Virus record (IMG/VR): IMGVR_UViG_3300025018_000009
Location: 1-60,226 of that record
Direction: 5' to 3' (one strand)
Source: a virus
Taxonomy: Duplodnaviria > Caudoviricetes
Length of the DNA stretch: 60,226 nucleotides
Notes under the pieces: generated by a model
The model's database searches: none
Told to the model about the DNA's origin: nothing
Seen by the model: only the letters and a program-made list of their open reading frames with translations
Made by a program: the position numbers and the translations under genes
In this document: piece after piece, positions 10,031 to 20,324 of the stretch
Position numbering within the stretch: position 1 is the first letter of the stretch
How the letters are laid out: every line of letters begins with the position of its first letter

Positions 10031-12907
10031 ATGGCCGTTGAAACACTGACCCTCGCGATCGATGCTGCACGCGTGAAGCGTGGCGGCGATCAGTTCGTTG
10101 ATGCGGGTCGGCGTATCGACGGAGCAACACGCAAGATTGATCGTTCGGTTCTTCGCACGGAACGGAATGTGAAGCGCATGGGAGCGTCAAGCGCGAATGC
10201 TGGCGCTCTCATGGCTCGCGTGTTCACAGGGGTAGCGATCACGGCAGGCGCACGCTCGGCGATCCGCACATACGCGACATACGAACAGTCGATCGCGACC
10301 GTTCGCGGCGTACTCGGTGGGCAGTTGGGCGATCAAGAAAAACTGCATCAATCGATGCTCGGATTGGAATCGACCGCACGCCGACTCGGTGCAACGACTC
10401 GATTCAGTGCGTCCGAAGCCGCAGAAGGTATTTTGTTCCTCACGCGAGCAGGTTTCAGCGCAAACGAATCGATGGATGCGATCGGGGCGACGCTCAACCT
10501 CGCACAGTCGGGCGCTATCGGGTTGGGTGAAGCGGCAGACTACGCATCGAACATCGTGTCGGGGTTCGGACTCGCAGCAGCCGAAACAAATCGCGTCGTT
10601 GATACACTCGTCGCGACCTCGAACCGATCGAACACAGACATTCGGCAACTCGCCGAAGCGATGAAATACGCAGCGCCAATCGCGGGCGCTCTCGGTCGCG
10701 AAGTCGAAGAAGCGTCGGCGGCTGTCGGTGTACTCGGCGACTCCGGCATTCAAGGATCAATGGCGGGCACGAACTTGCGAGGCATTTTCGTGAAACTGTT
10801 GAACCCGTCAGGCGAGGCGAAGAAAGCAATCGAATCGCTCGGTTTGTCTATCGCAGACCTTGACCCGAAAACGAATTCGCTCGCCGACATTTTCGACAAA
10901 CTCACGAAGGCGGGCGCTGGCGCGACTGAGATGACGCAGATTTTCATGTCTCGAAACGCTGCCGCTGCACTTACGCTCGCGAAAAGCACCGACAAACTTC
11001 GTGAACTTGAACAAGCAAACATCAATGCGTCGGGCGAAGCCGCTGAACTCGCCCGCGTCATGGACGACACTCTCACCGGGTCATTCAAATCGATGATCTC
11101 CGCAGCGCAAGAACTTGTTCTGCAACTCGGTGAAGGGCAAAGCGGATTCGGCGGCGTGCTGCGAACTGTTGTCGATACGATGACGGGCGCTCTGCGCATC
11201 CTCGCAGGCATGGAATCGTCCGTCACTGAAAACCGAAAGGCGGCGTTCTTGCTTGCGGCGGCGTTGAAAGGTGTCGGCGTTGCGTTGTCGGTGATTGTCG
11301 GGCTGAAACTGCTCACCTTTATGTCGTCGATGGTGACGATGCTCGTCGGGTTGCCCGCGACGATCGGCGCTATCAGTGCGTCGCTCGTCCCCCTCATGGC
11401 GACCGTGCTTGGGTTGTTCGCAGCGGTCGCGGCGTTTGAACTCGGCAAATACTTCTACGACGAATTCAAGTCGGTTCAAATCGCAGCGGCGGGTGTCGTC
11501 AAATTCTTCGATGAAACATGGTCAAAGGTCAAAATGGGCTGGAAACTGCTCATGGCCGATCTGGTCGATCTGTTCACGACCGACTTTGGATCAAAGGTGT
11601 TTGAAGCGATGACCGACCTCGCACAAGCGGGTGCGGATGTTGTCGATTTGTTGTTCCCCGGATTCTCGCAAGCGTTCGCGGGCGCAACCGCAGGGATCAA
11701 CGCCGTTCTTCAATCAGGGATTGATCTCACAAGCGAACAGCGTCGCGAGGCGATCGCACAAGGCGCAGCGGACATCGAGTTCGCGCAGCAAGTATACAAT
11801 CAAACCCTCGAAAGCATCGAGGACGATTTCGGATCGAAAACCCGACGCGGTACATCGTTCGCCGATTATGTGAAAGGCGACCTTGAAACCGCGAAGCAGG
11901 AAGTTGCTCGATTGATCGATGACCTTGCGGCTATGGCCGAAGCGTCGTTCTCGAAATCGCAAGACGGCGAAGGCATGATGGGGCCGTTCCTGCCTGACGC
12001 GGTACGCGACACACGCAAAGCGCTCGAAGAAGCGATGTTGGCAGTCGAAGCATTGGATCAAGCCGAAACACGAAACGCATCAACGGTCGAAGCCGCATCG
12101 ACGAGTTATGCAGATTGGGTCGAAGAACTCGAAAAAGCACGAACCGCACTCGAACTCGAAGTGTTGTTGCTCGAAGGCACGACCGATGCACAGCGTGCGC
12201 TTGCAGGCGCGAAAGAACGCGGCATCGCGTTGACGCAAACGCAAATCGATCAGATCGTGCAACTCGAAAACGATCTTATCACGCTCGACAAACAGCGCGA
12301 GCGAGCCGAAGAACTCAAAACGCTGTACGAAGATTTGGGCGACACGATCGCGGGCACCTTCGAGGATGTTGTATTGAACTCGAAGTCAGCCGAGGACGCA
12401 CTTGAATCGATGGTGAAATCGGTCACGCAACTGATTTTCAATATGCTCGTCACTCAACAGATCGCGAACCTGATCGCAGGCGCGTTCGGGAATTTGTTCG
12501 GAGGCAACGCAGCCGGGTCGCAGGCAGGGGTTCCCGGTTCGGGGATTTATGGCCCGCCTGCCCCTCCGGGCGCTCTCGGTTTGATGAGCGGTACATCGAT
12601 CACTCCAATGGCAAACGGCGGGATCATCGGCCCGCAACCTACACGAATGACGAACGGTTCGTCGAACTTCCTCACTCGCGAAGCAGGCCCCGAAGCGGTT
12701 GTCCCGTTGGGTCGCGACTCACGCGGGCGACTCGGCATCATCGACGCATCGGGCGGCGGTGGCGGTGGAGGTCGCACAATCAACATCAACATGACTGTCC
12801 AAGCACAAGACGCGGCATCCTTCGGTTCGCGAGAATCGCAACGACAAATTCAGCGCCGACTTCGCGAGACAATCAAGAACGCAAGCGCAGGCACCCCCGG
12901 AGGTTGA
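10031..12907 (+). CDS. Tail tape measure protein (TP901-like core)
   Basis: 958 aa, Ala-rich; LGATTRFSASEAAEG, GIQGSMAGTNLR, EAGPEAVVPL motifs. Confidence 0.92.
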   Translation: MAVETLTLAIDAARVKRGGDQFVDAGRRIDGATRKIDRSVLRTERNVKRMGASSANAGALMARVFTGVAITAGARSAIRTYATYEQSIATVRGVLGGQLGDQEKLHQSMLGLESTARRLGATTRFSASEAAEGILFLTRAGFSANESMDAIGATLNLAQSGAIGLGEAADYASNIVSGFGLAAAETNRVVDTLVATSNRSNTDIRQLAEAMKYAAPIAGALGREVEEASAAVGVLGDSGIQGSMAGTNLRGIFVKLLNPSGEAKKAIESLGLSIADLDPKTNSLADIFDKLTKAGAGATEMTQIFMSRNAAAALTLAKSTDKLRELEQANINASGEAAELARVMDDTLTGSFKSMISAAQELVLQLGEGQSGFGGVLRTVVDTMTGALRILAGMESSVTENRKAAFLLAAALKGVGVALSVIVGLKLLTFMSSMVTMLVGLPATIGAISASLVPLMATVLGLFAAVAAFELGKYFYDEFKSVQIAAAGVVKFFDETWSKVKMGWKLLMADLVDLFTTDFGSKVFEAMTDLAQAGADVVDLLFPGFSQAFAGATAGINAVLQSGIDLTSEQRREAIAQGAADIEFAQQVYNQTLESIEDDFGSKTRRGTSFADYVKGDLETAKQEVARLIDDLAAMAEASFSKSQDGEGMMGPFLPDAVRDTRKALEEAMLAVEALDQAETRNASTVEAASTSYADWVEELEKARTALELEVLLLEGTTDAQRALAGAKERGIALTQTQIDQIVQLENDLITLDKQRERAEELKTLYEDLGDTIAGTFEDVVLNSKSAEDALESMVKSVTQLIFNMLVTQQIANLIAGAFGNLFGGNAAGSQAGVPGSGIYGPPAPPGALGLMSGTSITPMANGGIIGPQPTRMTNGSSNFLTREAGPEAVVPLGRDSRGRLGIIDASGGGGGGGRTININMTVQAQDAASFGSRESQRQIQRRLRETIKNASAGTPGG

Positions 12908-12910
12908 CAA

Positions 12911-13879
12911 ATGGCTTTTCATGCGGTGCAGTTCCCAACCGATATTTCTTGGGGTTCGCGAGGCGGGCCGGGGTACTTCACGAACATCATCGAACTCGAT
13001 TCCGGCATCGAAGAGCGCGTCGCGCGTCGATCGCGTGCGCGCCGGCGCTACGATGCGTCGTACGGGGTGTCTCGCTATTCGCAACTCGCGGCACTTGTCG
13101 CGTTCTACATCGCACGCAAAGGGCCGTACGCAGGGTTCCGCTACAAAGACTGGCAGGATTTCACCTCAGCGGAGAACGGGAAAACAACGTCGGCGTTCAC
13201 CGACCAAACGATCGGCACCGGCGACGGGACGACGAAGGTTTTTCAACTCGTCAAACGATATTCGTCGGGCGGTCAAACCGAAGTGCGAAACATCACGAAG
13301 CCGGTCACGAATTCGGTTCAAGTTTCAGTGAACGGCACGCTGCAAACTTCGGGCTGGACAGTTGACACCGAAACCGGGCTTGTGACATTCACAACAGCGC
13401 CGACTTCTGGGCATGTTATCACCGCAGGTTTTCAGTTTGATGTGCCTGTCCGATTCGGCGCTGAAATCGACGACGGCATTTTCGTTGCACTCGAAAACTT
13501 CTCGACTGGTTCCGTTGATTCGATACCGCTTATCGAAATCATGGACGAAGATCAATACGAAGATGATTTCCCGTACGGCGGGTCGAAAGAACACGGAAAT
13601 GTCAGTGCCGACTTTTCGATCTCGCAACCGAACGGTCGAGTGCATTCGTTTGATCCGCAATCGGGTTCGCTTGTGTTGTACCTCCCGACCAAATCAACAG
13701 TGAAAGACGGCGGGCCTATTTTTTACTTGCACAACCTGAGTTTGTCGAACTCGATAACCATCAAAGAATCAGCCGCCGACGGCAGCGCTACGATTTTGAT
13801 GATGAGTGCGGATTCTTCGGCTACTGTCGATATGTCGATCAACGATCCGGGCACGGTACGAACATGGCATGTTTTCTAG
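12911..13879 (+). CDS. Distal tail protein (DUF2460 / TIGR02217, GTA-like) with C-terminal extension
   Basis: FHAVQFP..S.G..GGP, GFRYKDWQD, FQLVKRY, ITAGFQFDVPVRF motifs. Confidence 0.88.
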   Translation: MAFHAVQFPTDISWGSRGGPGYFTNIIELDSGIEERVARRSRARRRYDASYGVSRYSQLAALVAFYIARKGPYAGFRYKDWQDFTSAENGKTTSAFTDQTIGTGDGTTKVFQLVKRYSSGGQTEVRNITKPVTNSVQVSVNGTLQTSGWTVDTETGLVTFTTAPTSGHVITAGFQFDVPVRFGAEIDDGIFVALENFSTGSVDSIPLIEIMDEDQYEDDFPYGGSKEHGNVSADFSISQPNGRVHSFDPQSGSLVLYLPTKSTVKDGGPIFYLHNLSLSNSITIKESAADGSATILMMSADSSATVDMSINDPGTVRTWHVF

Positions 13880-13891
13880 GAGCGATTCACG

Positions 13892-15499
13892 ATGACGATC
13901 ACAGAAGAAAAATTCAACGGGGGTTCGGTTGAGTTCGATATCTCCGAAGATGTTTTTCTGAACTTCGATCTTGGTCGATTGAAAGTCATCACTCCGACAC
14001 TCAAAGCGCAGCGAGTGTATTTGCAAAATGCACAGTTGCACCCTTGGATCGTCGGCGGGGTTGTTTACGACATCATCAACCTCGGCTCGTACTCTGTGTT
14101 CGTGTTCGATTGGCAAGGCAACTACACCGGGATCGAAATCGGCCCGAACCAACGGGGCGGCATTTCGCTGGGCAACACCGACGAAGAACAGGGCGACGCG
14201 TGGCGATGCAACTGCCGCGATCTTCTTTCGGTCACGACAACCACATCGACCACCTCGACCACCTCGACGACGACGACTCCGACCACGACTTCGACGACCT
14301 CGATTACCACATCGGGGCCGGGGTGGACTATGAGTACCGTCGGGGATCAATTCACCGGCACTTGGGGAGATGTTGGCCCGAATGTGGGGTTGTCCTCCGA
14401 AGATCCTCGCGTCGATCCGAACTACACGAATCTGCCCATTTTCAGCGCCCCCGCAGCACCCTTCGGCACATTGGGGCCTCGCGTGCCTCGTATGCGAGCG
14501 CCTGCCGCCCTCAGCGTCGCCGTAGTCGTCACCACGATCAATGAGGGGTCAGACTTCGAGGCGACGCTTGAATCGCTCCTGACCGCCTCACGCGTCCCTG
14601 AGATGATCGTCGTCGTGGACGATGGATCGGTAGAATCCTTCGAGGTGCGATCGCGTGCGTTTGACGGGCGAGGATCGAACATCGTATTCGTGCGAAACGA
14701 GTATCGAAAAGGGTGTGCCGCGTCGCGAGATGCCGGGTTCCGCGCCGTCGATGCCGACCTGTACATTTTCGTCGATTCGCATATGAACTTCCCGTCGAAC
14801 TGGCTCGACGAAATGGTCGCAGCACACATCATGCACCCGAACGCGATCTTTGCTCCGATCTCGTCCGATATCGATGACGACGGATCAGCGCCGAAACAAG
14901 GCGGGCACTGGGGGACGGGTGCCGATTTGTATGTTCACCCCGAAAAAGGGATCACCGCGAAATGGGCACCTATTTCGGCGCTCCCTGTTTCGACTCTGCG
15001 CACGCCCGCGATGATGGGGGCGTGCTACCTTGCGCCGAAACAACTGCTTCGCGATATCGGCGGTTGGTCGATGGGCCTGCGCGGGTGGGGGTTCGATGAA
15101 GAATTCGTCTGCACGCGTGCGTGGCTCATGGGCTACGAAGTTCGTTTGGTGTCCTCAGTGCATGTATCGCATCGGTACATCCGCGACACGACTCAACTCG
15201 CACGCATCGACGCGACAGGCGAGGACGAACCGGGCTGGGTCATTCGCTACACGCGCCAATATGTGAACTATGTCTTGTTCGGTCGTGTTGACGAAATGCT
15301 TTTCATGGGCGAAGGTGAAGAAACAAAAACCGCCCGCGAACAAATGCAAATCAACTTCGATCGTTGGCGCGCCGATCGTGCGTATGTGCAGAATCGTCGC
15401 GTGTTGTCGGACAAACAGTTGTGGGATTTGTTGAACGAGGTACGAATCGAATCGTCGATCGCCGCAATCGCCGGAGGTCGTCATGCTGTCAATCAATAA
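13892..15499 (+). CDS. GT-A fold glycosyltransferase with N-terminal beta domain and Thr/Ser linker
   Basis: IVVVDDGS, GCAASRDAG, FVDSH, GACY, GWGFDE motifs. Confidence 0.82.
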   Translation: MTITEEKFNGGSVEFDISEDVFLNFDLGRLKVITPTLKAQRVYLQNAQLHPWIVGGVVYDIINLGSYSVFVFDWQGNYTGIEIGPNQRGGISLGNTDEEQGDAWRCNCRDLLSVTTTTSTTSTTSTTTTPTTTSTTSITTSGPGWTMSTVGDQFTGTWGDVGPNVGLSSEDPRVDPNYTNLPIFSAPAAPFGTLGPRVPRMRAPAALSVAVVVTTINEGSDFEATLESLLTASRVPEMIVVVDDGSVESFEVRSRAFDGRGSNIVFVRNEYRKGCAASRDAGFRAVDADLYIFVDSHMNFPSNWLDEMVAAHIMHPNAIFAPISSDIDDDGSAPKQGGHWGTGADLYVHPEKGITAKWAPISALPVSTLRTPAMMGACYLAPKQLLRDIGGWSMGLRGWGFDEEFVCTRAWLMGYEVRLVSSVHVSHRYIRDTTQLARIDATGEDEPGWVIRYTRQYVNYVLFGRVDEMLFMGEGEETKTAREQMQINFDRWRADRAYVQNRRVLSDKQLWDLLNEVRIESSIAAIAGGRHAVNQ

Positions 15500-16382
15500 T
15501 CGAATGGCGAACCTTATCACCTCGAACAAATCGTCGCATCGATTCGCTACTCTATGGACGGTCGTTCTTGAAAACGGGACGACTTATCGACTCACCGATC
15601 ACAATCAAAAACTCGTCGATGATGCAGGCAACACATTCTCCCCGTCGAATGCGTTCAATGCGAGCGCCCGCGAAATGCAAGACGGTTTGCAAATCAACGA
15701 CATCGAAATCGTTGGGTTCCTTGCGAGTTCAGGCGTGACCGCCGACGATTTGCGTGCGGGGTTGTGGCGCAATGCTCAGGTGACAGAGAAGATCGTCGAT
15801 TGGCGGTATCCTTGGATCGGCGACCTCGGCCAACGCAAGTATTCCGTGAGCGATATTTCGTGGTCGGAAAACGAGTGGGTCGCTCAACTCGAAGGGATCG
15901 GGCGAAAACTCCGGCGCAAAGTCGGCGACACGATGGGGCGTGTGTGTCGCTGGGATTTGGGAGACACAAATTGCGGGATCAACATCGCGACATACACCGA
16001 CTCGGGCACCGTGTCGAGCGCAAGCACAGTTTCGGCGCGAAAGCGCATGTTCGCTACCGGGCTTTCTGCCGGGCATCCCGACGGGTACTACGAATACGGG
16101 TTGGTCGTGTTCACCAGCGGAGACAACAACGGCCTGAAAGGTGAGGTTCACAAATGGTTGACAAGCACAGGCGAAATCGTGCTTCGATTGCCGATGCCGT
16201 ATGATATCGATGCCGCCGACACCTTTGATATCTACCCCGGATGCGGGAAACTGACAGGGTTCTGCAAAGGCGTAGACGGCGATCAAAACCGACCTTGGGC
16301 AAACAACATCGCCGAGTTTGGTGGTTTCCCATTCATCCCCGGCATCGACAAGATGATGCAATACCCGGACGCGAAAACATGA
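15483..16382 (+). CDS. Baseplate hub protein (DUF2163 / BR0599-like)
   Basis: LTDHNQKL, CRWDLGDTNC, PGCGK..C...N..EFGGFPFIPG motifs. Confidence 0.88.
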   Translation: MLSINNRMANLITSNKSSHRFATLWTVVLENGTTYRLTDHNQKLVDDAGNTFSPSNAFNASAREMQDGLQINDIEIVGFLASSGVTADDLRAGLWRNAQVTEKIVDWRYPWIGDLGQRKYSVSDISWSENEWVAQLEGIGRKLRRKVGDTMGRVCRWDLGDTNCGINIATYTDSGTVSSASTVSARKRMFATGLSAGHPDGYYEYGLVVFTSGDNNGLKGEVHKWLTSTGEIVLRLPMPYDIDAADTFDIYPGCGKLTGFCKGVDGDQNRPWANNIAEFGGFPFIPGIDKMMQYPDAKT

Positions 16383-16972
16383 TGCTCGAAGGCCCGCAAA
16401 TCCCGAAATGTTTTTCGTGCGACTCGAAAGGAACTTGGGTCGTCGATACATATGTGTGCCCTCAATGCGGCAAAGCGTTGTCGAACGATCCAAGCGGCGG
16501 GCCGATCTTCGATCACGGCATTGTCACGAAACAAATGATCGTCGATTTCGCGATGACCTACATCGGTGTTCCGTATGTGCATCAAGGTCGATCGCGAGCG
16601 AACGGCGTTGACTGCATCGGGTTGCTGCGCGAGGTCGCCGAACATTTCAAGTTGAGCAATCACGATTATTTCAACTACGCACCGACACCCGACGGTCGAA
16701 CACTGATTCGCGAAATGGACAAAGCATTCGGGGTCGATGACGGGTACGACGGCAAACCCAACACCGAACCGTACGAGCCGGGGGATGTGCTGTGTTTCTG
16801 GATTCGCAAACGCTCGAAGCCGAAACACGCAGGCATTTTCACGCGTATGCCCGACGGTCGCCCCGGAATCATTCACACTTATTCGACACTGAAATGCGTC
16901 ACAACGCACGGACTCAACGATTGGTGGCTCGATCGTATTTGCAAGGTCTATCATTGGCCGGGAGTTCTCTAA
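16379..16972 (+). CDS. NlpC/P60 family tail peptidase with N-terminal CxxC...CxxC
   Basis: YIGVPYVHQGR..GVDCIGL, KHAGI, IIH motifs. Confidence 0.85.
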   Translation: MMLEGPQIPKCFSCDSKGTWVVDTYVCPQCGKALSNDPSGGPIFDHGIVTKQMIVDFAMTYIGVPYVHQGRSRANGVDCIGLLREVAEHFKLSNHDYFNYAPTPDGRTLIREMDKAFGVDDGYDGKPNTEPYEPGDVLCFWIRKRSKPKHAGIFTRMPDGRPGIIHTYSTLKCVTTHGLNDWWLDRICKVYHWPGVL

Positions 16973-19618
16973 ATGGCAACGATCGCACTCGCAGTAGTGG
17001 CAAGTCAAATCAACGGTAGCGCGGCGTTCATCGCGTTCACTACTGCTGCGCTTGCAACTGCGGGCGGCATCATTGACAGCGCGTTCGTGTTCCCTGCGAT
17101 CTTCGGTACGCCGAACGCGGGCAACATCGAAGGGCCTCGCCTTTCGTCATTGTCCCCGCAAGACTCGTCGGAAGGTGTCGGGTTGAACCGATGCTTCGGG
17201 TCGCGTGTGCGCGTCGGCGGCAATGTCATTTGGATGCAAGACCTCGAAGAAGTCGCATCAACTTCGGGCGGTGGTGGGGGTGGCAAGGGCGGCGGCGGCG
17301 GTGGGGGTGGCTCGCAAACGACCTACGAATACTACGCGAATGCGATGATCGCGATTTGCGAAGGTGAAATCGAAGGCATCGTCAAAATCTACGCCGACGG
17401 AAAAACATTTTTCAACGAAGCCAGCCCCGGAACATTGAGCAACACAAAAACCGCGACCGTGACTGACTTGATTCAAATGGAAGTCGGGTTGCCGAACAAC
17501 TACTACGGCCCGGTTCAGTTGTACAAAGCAGGTGGCGGGGCGACATTCTTCACCGACCTCGGGTTTGTTGGTTCGGGCGAAGTGACCATCGACGGGTACA
17601 CCGACACCGACAACAATGCGACGGTCGAAGTGAAAAATGTTCGCGAGAAAATCACCGGCGACGAATCGATCACATTGAAAACAACGCCTTCGGGTGCATC
17701 ATCACTCGAAGAATCGGTCACGATCACACAAGAAGTCGTGCGGCACCCCTCAACTGTTGATCGCGTTGCGATTTACCCCGGCGCTACGAATGACACGATC
17801 GATCCGCTTGTCGAAGGTGCTGAACTCACCGCGAATACACCGCGATTCAAAAATGTCGCGAAGATGGTCGTTGAACGACTCGCGCTTGCGGACTACGGCA
17901 ACCGTTTGCCTCAGTTCAACTTTGTCGTGAATATGCAAAACCCGACGACCGTTCGTTCGGCGATCGGTGACATCCTCGAACGCGGCGGGTTGAGCGCGGG
18001 TGATTATGATGTGACTGGAATCGACGCATCGTACGAACTCACAGGGTATTCAATCGCAGGGTCGAAATCGGTCGCCGCTACACTCGAACCGATCATGCTC
18101 GTTTGGAACCTCGCGGTTTATGAGGACAACGGCGTGTTGGTGTTTTACGAACGAGGGAACGAAACAATCCTCAGCGACATTCGCACAGGCGATTGGACAG
18201 CGCATGTACACGGGACGCAACCAGAAAAAACGCTTATCATTAGCGAAAAGCCGACATTCGATTTGCCGTCCGAAGTCACCGTCGGGTACATCGACGAAGG
18301 ATCGCAAGATCAGGTCGGAGAAGCACGCGCACGCCGGATTGATTTCGTTTCGGACATCAACGAAAACATCCGCATCCCGATTGTCATGTCCGCAGGTCTG
18401 GCGCGTGCGGTCGCCGAGACTCGTTTGTGGCGTGCCGCCAACGACAAACGAAAAGCATCGTTCAAACTCCCGCCCCGATTCATGCAAGTCACCGAAGGCG
18501 ATATCGTGCCGACTGAGATCGACGGGGAGACTTACAATGTTCGATTGACACGCGTTTCGCGAGGCAACAACTATTTGATCGATTGCGAAGGCATCGTTCA
18601 AGACAACACCGAGTTCGATTTCACGCAAGACGGAGAAGTCATCGGCGACGACACCGATGACGATGTGAACCTGACGAGCGATCTTTTGTTGCTCGTATGG
18701 AACTCGGCCCCGTTGTCCGATGAACACATTTTGACCGCTGGATACTATTGGGCGTTCTGCCTTATGTCGCCGACCGCTACATTCTCCGGCGGTTCGTTGT
18801 ACCGATCGGACACCGACGCGGGCACCTACTCCGTGCTTGATTCAGCGCCAGAAGCGTCGATCTTCTTTTGCGAAACGCAACTCGCCGACACTCCGAACCC
18901 GAATCTGATCGACAATATCAATACGCTCGATGTGAACATGGTCAACGGCACCCTTTCGAGCGTGAACGAAATCGATTTGCTCAACGGGGCGAACCGTGCC
19001 GTTCTTGAAAACGAGGAAATCATCGGATTTCAAACCGCGACTTCGATCGGTACGAATCGCTATCGTTTGTCTGGGCTTCTTCGAGGTCTGCGGGGCAGCG
19101 AACGATTCACATCTACGCACCCAAGCGAAGGTGAACTCGGCGTTGTGCTTGACTCAAGTACAGTCAAATTTCAATCGCACAACCTCGGCGACATCGGTTC
19201 GACGAAGTACCACAAACCCGTAGCGGTCGGTCAAGTCGTGGACGATATCGACGAACAAGCATTCACGCTCGCAGGTTGCACGATCAAACCTATGTCGGTC
19301 GTCAACATCGAAGCGACCCGCAACGGATCGAACGATGTGACGCTGACTTGGGATCGACGCTCGCGAGCGTTGTACCGTGAACTCACCGCTACGATCCCGC
19401 CTCCGCTTGTCGATGGTGTAGAATCGTACGAAATTGATTTGCTGAACCCCGCAGGGTCAGAAGTCATTCAAACATTCTCAGTCAGCGCCGAAACAGCAAC
19501 AATCACAAACGCAGAGATCGTCGCCGCCGGGTACGGCTCTGGCGACCCGATCAAAGTAGAAGTATTTCAAACCTCCCCGACCGTTGGCCGAGGAATAGTC
19601 AAGGAAGCGACGGTATAA
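16973..19618 (+). CDS. Central tail tip / host specificity protein (GTA megatron-like)
   Basis: EGPRL, GGNVIW, GGKGGG, AICEG, LADYGNRLPQ, LSGLLRGLRGS motifs. Confidence 0.85.
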   Translation: MATIALAVVASQINGSAAFIAFTTAALATAGGIIDSAFVFPAIFGTPNAGNIEGPRLSSLSPQDSSEGVGLNRCFGSRVRVGGNVIWMQDLEEVASTSGGGGGGKGGGGGGGGSQTTYEYYANAMIAICEGEIEGIVKIYADGKTFFNEASPGTLSNTKTATVTDLIQMEVGLPNNYYGPVQLYKAGGGATFFTDLGFVGSGEVTIDGYTDTDNNATVEVKNVREKITGDESITLKTTPSGASSLEESVTITQEVVRHPSTVDRVAIYPGATNDTIDPLVEGAELTANTPRFKNVAKMVVERLALADYGNRLPQFNFVVNMQNPTTVRSAIGDILERGGLSAGDYDVTGIDASYELTGYSIAGSKSVAATLEPIMLVWNLAVYEDNGVLVFYERGNETILSDIRTGDWTAHVHGTQPEKTLIISEKPTFDLPSEVTVGYIDEGSQDQVGEARARRIDFVSDINENIRIPIVMSAGLARAVAETRLWRAANDKRKASFKLPPRFMQVTEGDIVPTEIDGETYNVRLTRVSRGNNYLIDCEGIVQDNTEFDFTQDGEVIGDDTDDDVNLTSDLLLLVWNSAPLSDEHILTAGYYWAFCLMSPTATFSGGSLYRSDTDAGTYSVLDSAPEASIFFCETQLADTPNPNLIDNINTLDVNMVNGTLSSVNEIDLLNGANRAVLENEEIIGFQTATSIGTNRYRLSGLLRGLRGSERFTSTHPSEGELGVVLDSSTVKFQSHNLGDIGSTKYHKPVAVGQVVDDIDEQAFTLAGCTIKPMSVVNIEATRNGSNDVTLTWDRRSRALYRELTATIPPPLVDGVESYEIDLLNPAGSEVIQTFSVSAETATITNAEIVAAGYGSGDPIKVEVFQTSPTVGRGIVKEATV

Positions 19619-19619
19619 A

Positions 19620-20324
19620 ATGGCCGACACACTAACACCAACTCTTTCGTTGACTGATCTTGTGGAAGCGCAAGCGGGCGCTGCTGCACGCATGAACAAA
19701 AACATGCGCATCATGGAGGCGATGATAAATCTTGCGATCATCGACCGCGATTTGTCTACACCTCCCGGATCGCCTGCCGACGGTGCTTGCTATCTCGTCG
19801 CGTCAGGCGGCACAGGCGACTGGTCGGGTCAAGACGGCGACATCGCGATTTACTCGACAACCCTCGGTTGGATGTTTCAAACGCCAGTAGAGGGCGTTGT
19901 AGGGCGTGTGCTGGACGAAAACATTCGGATCGAATACGACGGCAGCGCATGGCAGACGATTTTGACCGGCGCGAGCGCTAAACAGGCAGTCGTTCGACTC
20001 GATTCTCCCGCAAACGGGGATCAAGTGCCGTTGTTGTACACGGTCAAAGCGATCACGATTAGCAGCATCATTTCAGTCGTCGAAGGCGGCACCCCGTCGT
20101 GTACATGGAACATCATGCACAACGCGACACGCAACGCTGCGGGGACTCAAGTATTCACTTCTGACCCGACAACAACTTCGAAAACAACCGGCGAAGTTGA
20201 TACCGGAGGATTCAACGACGAAACGATCCCGGCGGGGCGCTATGTGTGGGCAGAAATCGAATCAGCGCCGACCGATTGCGATGCGATCGAATGGTATGTG
20301 TTTTACTCGGAGGATGAGGACTGA
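19620..20324 (+). CDS. DUF2793-like tail fiber protein
   Basis: DRDLSTPPGSPADGACYLVASGGTGDWSGQDG motif. Confidence 0.85.
   Translation: MADTLTPTLSLTDLVEAQAGAAARMNKNMRIMEAMINLAIIDRDLSTPPGSPADGACYLVASGGTGDWSGQDGDIAIYSTTLGWMFQTPVEGVVGRVLDENIRIEYDGSAWQTILTGASAKQAVVRLDSPANGDQVPLLYTVKAITISSIISVVEGGTPSCTWNIMHNATRNAAGTQVFTSDPTTTSKTTGEVDTGGFNDETIPAGRYVWAEIESAPTDCDAIEWYVFYSEDED

Noticed and set aside
17266-17312. G-rich repeat
   Set aside because: It encodes the ordinary GGKGG glycine loop of this tail tip protein family.
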